Positions 59,932 through 64,000 of a stretch of 64,000 nt of DNA are shown piece after piece. Position numbers and translations under genes: made by a program. Numbering within the stretch: the first letter of the stretch is position 1; every line of letters starts with the position of its first letter. Below the pieces are notes generated by a model. The model ran no database searches and was not told where the DNA came from. It saw only the letters and a program-made list of their open reading frames with translations. Source of the DNA: Kiritimatiellia bacterium (lineage in GTDB: Bacteria > Verrucomicrobiota > Kiritimatiellia > WLWN01); contig WLWN01000001.1 in NCBI GenBank assembly GCA_012103575.1, forward strand, positions 75,792 through 139,791. The letters run 5' to 3'.

Positions 59932-61751
59932 TTTAGATGTTCTTCCGTATAGAGAGAAAGTTCGATCATGCGTTCAAGTAAATCTTCGGTTGAGTGCCCG
60001 GGAAAATTTTTAAAAACCAGCTCTTTTGAAAAAAGACGACACATATAGCGTAGTTTAAGGGCATTAAACCGAGATGCATAAACAAAATCGCGATGTCCAT
60101 TATTAATCACAATAATGTTCTGTTCGGTATCATACCGAGATCGCGAAAGTTCCCTTGACGCACGTTTGAATGTATAGCTAGGGAGCCCTTGCTGAAAGGT
60201 CGTGGGTTCTTTATTGTCGGGTAGCAATAACGCATCCGTGACCGTAAGAAGCGCTTCGGATTCACAGGCGACGGCGTTTTGTGTAGCGGTTACTTTAATG
60301 TGTGTTAATCCCGGTTCGGACGTGGCTTTGAACGTGACCATTTCGTCAAGATGATCGCTAAGGGTTCCTGTTCCTTCAATGATCTCCCATTGAAAAGTGA
60401 TCCCCTGTTCTATTAGAAGACGTGAACGATCACGCGGTATAGCGTGCAAGGTTTTTTCTTCGTTTACCGGTACGACACAGGATGTGGGAGATATCCGTAC
60501 ACTAAATAGGGGGCCTGCATATTCAAAGAATTGTTTTTGCGCGTTAGAAATAGATTCATTGCCTTCAAGGTTGGTTTCTTTTTCTGAGTCTGTAACGGCT
60601 ATTCCTTTGATATCTTTGGGGGATTTAGCGGCCTCTCCTCTTTCTTTTTTGTGAATATCGAACCAGTCATATTCTTCAACAGGCAGGGCGAGAAGCGCTT
60701 CTTTAAACGCCTTTTGAATCGCCCGTAATGTTTCATGACTGGCGCGTTCTTCCTCGGCCTTTTTTTGTTCTTCAATAATTTTTATGAGCGCTTGCTCAAC
60801 GGGTTCTAGCGATCTGCAGAAGTCGTAGAACGGTGTATCTTGAATGATCCCGGTGCGTGTTCCTGGCGTTAGATTGAGAAAGGGAGCTTCGATAATGCCT
60901 TGCAGATAGTCGGTAGACCATGGCATATGCTGAAAAGCATCCAGGTCCGTAATCTTTTCTAAAACACGTGTTCCGGGCCGATAAAGGCTGACGGAGTTGT
61001 CTGGGGTTGGTGTGGTTAGATAGAGCTCAAGATAAATTTCTCCATGGAGTGTGTTGACTGACGGTAATTGGTGAAGAAGGCGTCCTTCAAATTCCCGAGG
61101 TTCAACGATATATTGTTTTCCAGCATGCCGATCAATCACTTTGATCGTTACCCCAGACTGTCGGATCCGATCACGTAATTCTGAGGCAAGATACCGTTGG
61201 ATTTTGTCACCATTCAATTGGCGTATGCCGGGTAACAGGGGTTTAATCTTTAATTCGGTGCCTGGTTGGGGTATCAGAACGCGTTTTCCCTTTACGCGAT
61301 AACCGGGTTCTCCTTTCCGCATTTTCATCTCATAGGTTTTGCCCCCCATGCCTGCTGAAGTTAGCGTAAGTTCCTCACCGACCGTCCAAAAGCTTAAAAG
61401 CCCAATCCCAAATTCGCCTTGAAGGCCGGTGATGCCTGTTGCTTTTAAATGGCGCTTGATAGAATCGCAGATATGAGTGGCCACATATTTAAAATTAGGT
61501 TGGCCTTCTTCGTTTTGAGGAATCCCTTCTCCATCATCGACAATACGCAAGTACGGTTCACCGCCTTCTCGTCCCCGGGTAATGATAATATGGCGCGAGT
61601 GCGCATCAATACTGTTTTCTACAAATTCTGCGATAGCTTTGAGAGGGTTATTCTGTGAAAGGGCAATGATCGTGATCGCGTTCCAATCGTCACCTATACG
61701 TAGTTTTCCTGAAAGCCCTGATTTCTTTTTTGAGTGTGTAGACTTTTTCAT
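59928..61751 (-). CDS. GHKL-superfamily ATPase (MORC/HATPase_c_3-like) with uncharacterised C-terminal region
   Basis: Bergerat-fold motifs AIAEFVENSIDA, LRIVDDGEGI, GEFGIGLLS in first ~130 aa; 607 aa total. Confidence 0.6.
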   Translation of the reverse strand: MKKSTHSKKKSGLSGKLRIGDDWNAITIIALSQNNPLKAIAEFVENSIDAHSRHIIITRGREGGEPYLRIVDDGEGIPQNEEGQPNFKYVATHICDSIKRHLKATGITGLQGEFGIGLLSFWTVGEELTLTSAGMGGKTYEMKMRKGEPGYRVKGKRVLIPQPGTELKIKPLLPGIRQLNGDKIQRYLASELRDRIRQSGVTIKVIDRHAGKQYIVEPREFEGRLLHQLPSVNTLHGEIYLELYLTTPTPDNSVSLYRPGTRVLEKITDLDAFQHMPWSTDYLQGIIEAPFLNLTPGTRTGIIQDTPFYDFCRSLEPVEQALIKIIEEQKKAEEERASHETLRAIQKAFKEALLALPVEEYDWFDIHKKERGEAAKSPKDIKGIAVTDSEKETNLEGNESISNAQKQFFEYAGPLFSVRISPTSCVVPVNEEKTLHAIPRDRSRLLIEQGITFQWEIIEGTGTLSDHLDEMVTFKATSEPGLTHIKVTATQNAVACESEALLTVTDALLLPDNKEPTTFQQGLPSYTFKRASRELSRSRYDTEQNIIVINNGHRDFVYASRFNALKLRYMCRLFSKELVFKNFPGHSTEDLLERMIELSLYTEEHLK

Positions 61752-62223
61752 GAGAATATTCTATCTAAAAGTTTGCATACGTTTCCAAAAACGATAATCC
61801 ATGTAGGAGTACGAATACTAGACTAATTTTTTTAAGGACGTTCTTGTAGCTAAGATAACTTCTCATACCTGCCAGATTGGCCAGCCAACGGATGATCCCT
61901 CGCAAAGAGATTCGATCCGAGCCACTGATTGACCCGGTCACGTGTTTATCGTATAGTTCCATAAATGCTTTTATTGAGTTCTCCTTATCTTTATGGAGTC
62001 TTCATTGACCCCTATTGGGTGTCATCAGATTGATGATGTTGGGAGAACGTGTCTATTTTTTTATGCGATTACAAATAAAAAAATTTGGTTGCGACTTTGC
62101 TGCGCTAGGGAATCTGCGGATTGAGCAAGCAGAATAAGAGGTCATATTAACATCAGAAAAGGAGGGATTAATACAATTGCTCAATGCAAGCGAGCGGCTA
62201 AATAGATATAAGGAGAGGAATAA

Positions 62224-63267
62224 ATGGATATTAGATTGTTTAAAATATTAAGCGAAACGCCGAGTGTGCCAGGGAACGAAGATCGCTTGCGGAACATCGT
62301 AATGGATACGATAAAACCCCTCGTTGATACCGTTGAGATAGATATTATGGGGAACGTTATTGGACTTAAAAAGGGGCATGGCCAACGCAAAGTGATGATC
62401 GCTGCTCATATGGATGAGATTGGATTTCTAGTCAAATATATCGATGAAGAAGGATTTTTACGAATCCAACCCTTAGGTGGATTTGACCCTCGTCAGTTAT
62501 TCGCCCAACGTGTATTTGTTCATACGACTAACGAGTCCTTGCACGGTGTACTATCTTATACATCAAAACCTACACACATGCTTACGCCTGACGAGATCAA
62601 ACAGGCGCCCAAACTAGAAAACTTTTTTGTCGATTTGGGAATGCCTGCCGACCTTGTTAAAGAAAAAGTCCACGTGGGAGATATGGTGACGATGGATCGT
62701 ACATTTGAACCATGTGGTGACACTTTTATCGGGAAAGCATTAGATAACCGGGTAGGTGTATTTGTCATGCTAGAAGCGCTAAAGAGGTTAAAAAAATGTG
62801 AAGTTAATATTTATGCGGTAGCCACTGTTCAAGAGGAAATTGGTCTTCGCGGGGCCACAACATCTGCTTTTGCGATTGAGCCGGATGTTGGCATTGCTTT
62901 AGATACAACGTTAGCCACGGATTATCCCGGCCCCGCAAAAGAAGATCTGGTCACAGAACTGGGAAAAGGAGCTGCAATTAAAATCATGGATGCCTCACTT
63001 ATTTGTCACCCCAAAGTAGTAAGTCATTTTAGAGATATTGCCGAAAAAGAGAAGATTCCTTTTCAGATGGAGATTCTCGGTCGGGGCGGAACAGATGGAG
63101 GCGCTTTGCAGCGTTCACGATCCGGGGCGGCAAGCATGACACTTAGTATCCCTACACGTTATATTCATACGGTAAACGAAATGGTTTCCCGCAAAGATGT
63201 AGAGGCCACTATTCAACTATTGGTCTGTTATCTGGAAGAAGCACACACAAGGGAATACAGGTTTTAG
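62224..63267 (+). CDS. M42-family metallo-aminopeptidase
   Basis: AAHMDEIGF, LDNRVGV, QEEIGLRGA, GGTDGGAL blocks. Confidence 0.8.
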   Translation: MDIRLFKILSETPSVPGNEDRLRNIVMDTIKPLVDTVEIDIMGNVIGLKKGHGQRKVMIAAHMDEIGFLVKYIDEEGFLRIQPLGGFDPRQLFAQRVFVHTTNESLHGVLSYTSKPTHMLTPDEIKQAPKLENFFVDLGMPADLVKEKVHVGDMVTMDRTFEPCGDTFIGKALDNRVGVFVMLEALKRLKKCEVNIYAVATVQEEIGLRGATTSAFAIEPDVGIALDTTLATDYPGPAKEDLVTELGKGAAIKIMDASLICHPKVVSHFRDIAEKEKIPFQMEILGRGGTDGGALQRSRSGAASMTLSIPTRYIHTVNEMVSRKDVEATIQLLVCYLEEAHTREYRF

Positions 63268-63494
63268 TTGAAGTGGTATCACTTTATCCCCCTCCGATTC
63301 GAGATCTTCAACTCAGGAATCTTCCCAAAATGTTTCTCATTATTTGTTACAAGCACATCATTCATGATAAGCGGAGTTGATCCAATCAACAAATCAAAGT
63401 CATCAACGGTTTTTCCTCTTTTTCCCGTCTTGCACAAGATACAGAATTATGATCTAATCTATAAAGATATATCACCATTTAAAATAGGGAACAT

Positions 63495-64000
63495 ATGAAA
63501 AAGATCATATTTATATGTAAGTCCTTTCTCCTTCTCGCGATTGCCGTCAATACCACAGAAGCGGCAACCTTATATACTGGAGATGGCGTTCTATCAACAC
63601 GGCTAGAAACAGAGCGATGGGCCATTAATCGCGCACGATCTGCTCCAGAGATGGAGGCCGACCGATTATTGCTTACGAACTCTACCCCGGGCGGTCATCC
63701 TGATTATGATGTAGGGGAAGACATTAATGCCCCAAACGACTTTGGAACAACAACCAATGAATGGGCCCTATGGAAACAGTCCAAACAACCTTTAGCTCCG
63801 AACGGATTGCTCAACACAGCTTCGGACAAACACTGTCAAGATTTAGCACGCGTTGGATTCCTCACACATTTCACACCTGCTGGCTCACTTTTTTATGCTG
63901 AGAATGCTAGCACAATCGACCGAGCGCTTGCCGAAGGCTATGTAAACACAGTAATAGGCTTTGTCGAAAACCTTGCGTCAGGATCGAGGGGGTCGAGCAT
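63495..64000 (+). CDS. secreted protein, possibly CAP (SCP/PR-1-like) domain; 3' end outside window
   Basis: ATG at 63495, signal peptide MKKIIFICKSFLLLAIAVNTTEA; weak CAP-like pattern (HCQDLARVGFLTHF...AENAS). Confidence 0.3.
   Translation, partial: MKKIIFICKSFLLLAIAVNTTEAATLYTGDGVLSTRLETERWAINRARSAPEMEADRLLLTNSTPGGHPDYDVGEDINAPNDFGTTTNEWALWKQSKQPLAPNGLLNTASDKHCQDLARVGFLTHFTPAGSLFYAENASTIDRALAEGYVNTVIGFVENLASGSRGSS

Noticed and set aside
63268-63498. 76-aa ORF in the intergenic region after the M42 peptidase gene
   Set aside because: No ribosome-binding site, low-complexity hydrophobic sequence, and it overlaps the likely promoter and start of the downstream secreted-protein gene.

Overview
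64-kb bacterial chromosomal segment with a strongly mosaic layout. Blocks of housekeeping genes (murC 5' part, two tandem bactofilin-like genes, mdh, a transketolase-like ThDP enzyme, ubiE-menF-menD, sucCD, lpxC, tadA, lipA, a DUF368-type membrane protein, a NifU-like protein, serS, tilS, ftsH, folP, cdaA-cdaR, an M42 peptidase, tRNA-Glu and two tRNA-Pro) are separated by accessory or decaying regions saturated with mobile DNA. Mobile content: four IS630-family copies (all carrying internal deletions, each flanked by TA), four copies of one IS30-family element (only one with an intact 323-aa transposase), two inverted copies of a second IS30-family element bracketing a ~6-kb island, IS1380- and IS4-family remnants, and two MITE-like families (a 163-bp element with 21-bp perfect terminal inverted repeats in four copies; a ~290-bp hairpin-rich element in two copies). 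Cargo includes a heptose/6-deoxy-sugar type glycan locus, three toxin-antitoxin modules (one decayed), and fragments of RHS/YD-repeat, beta-helix (Pmp-like), LVIVD-like, peptidase-M15-domain and phage-tail-fibre-repeat proteins. The most notable candidate system is a translationally coupled minus-strand gene pair encoding a GHKL (MORC/HATPase_c_3-like) ATPase and a DEDDh 3'-5' exonuclease (59158-61751). Gene content and IS load suggest a host-associated Gram-negative lineage, possibly Chlamydiae-like; that is inference only. All family assignments are from motifs read by eye and recalled family signatures; no database search was run.
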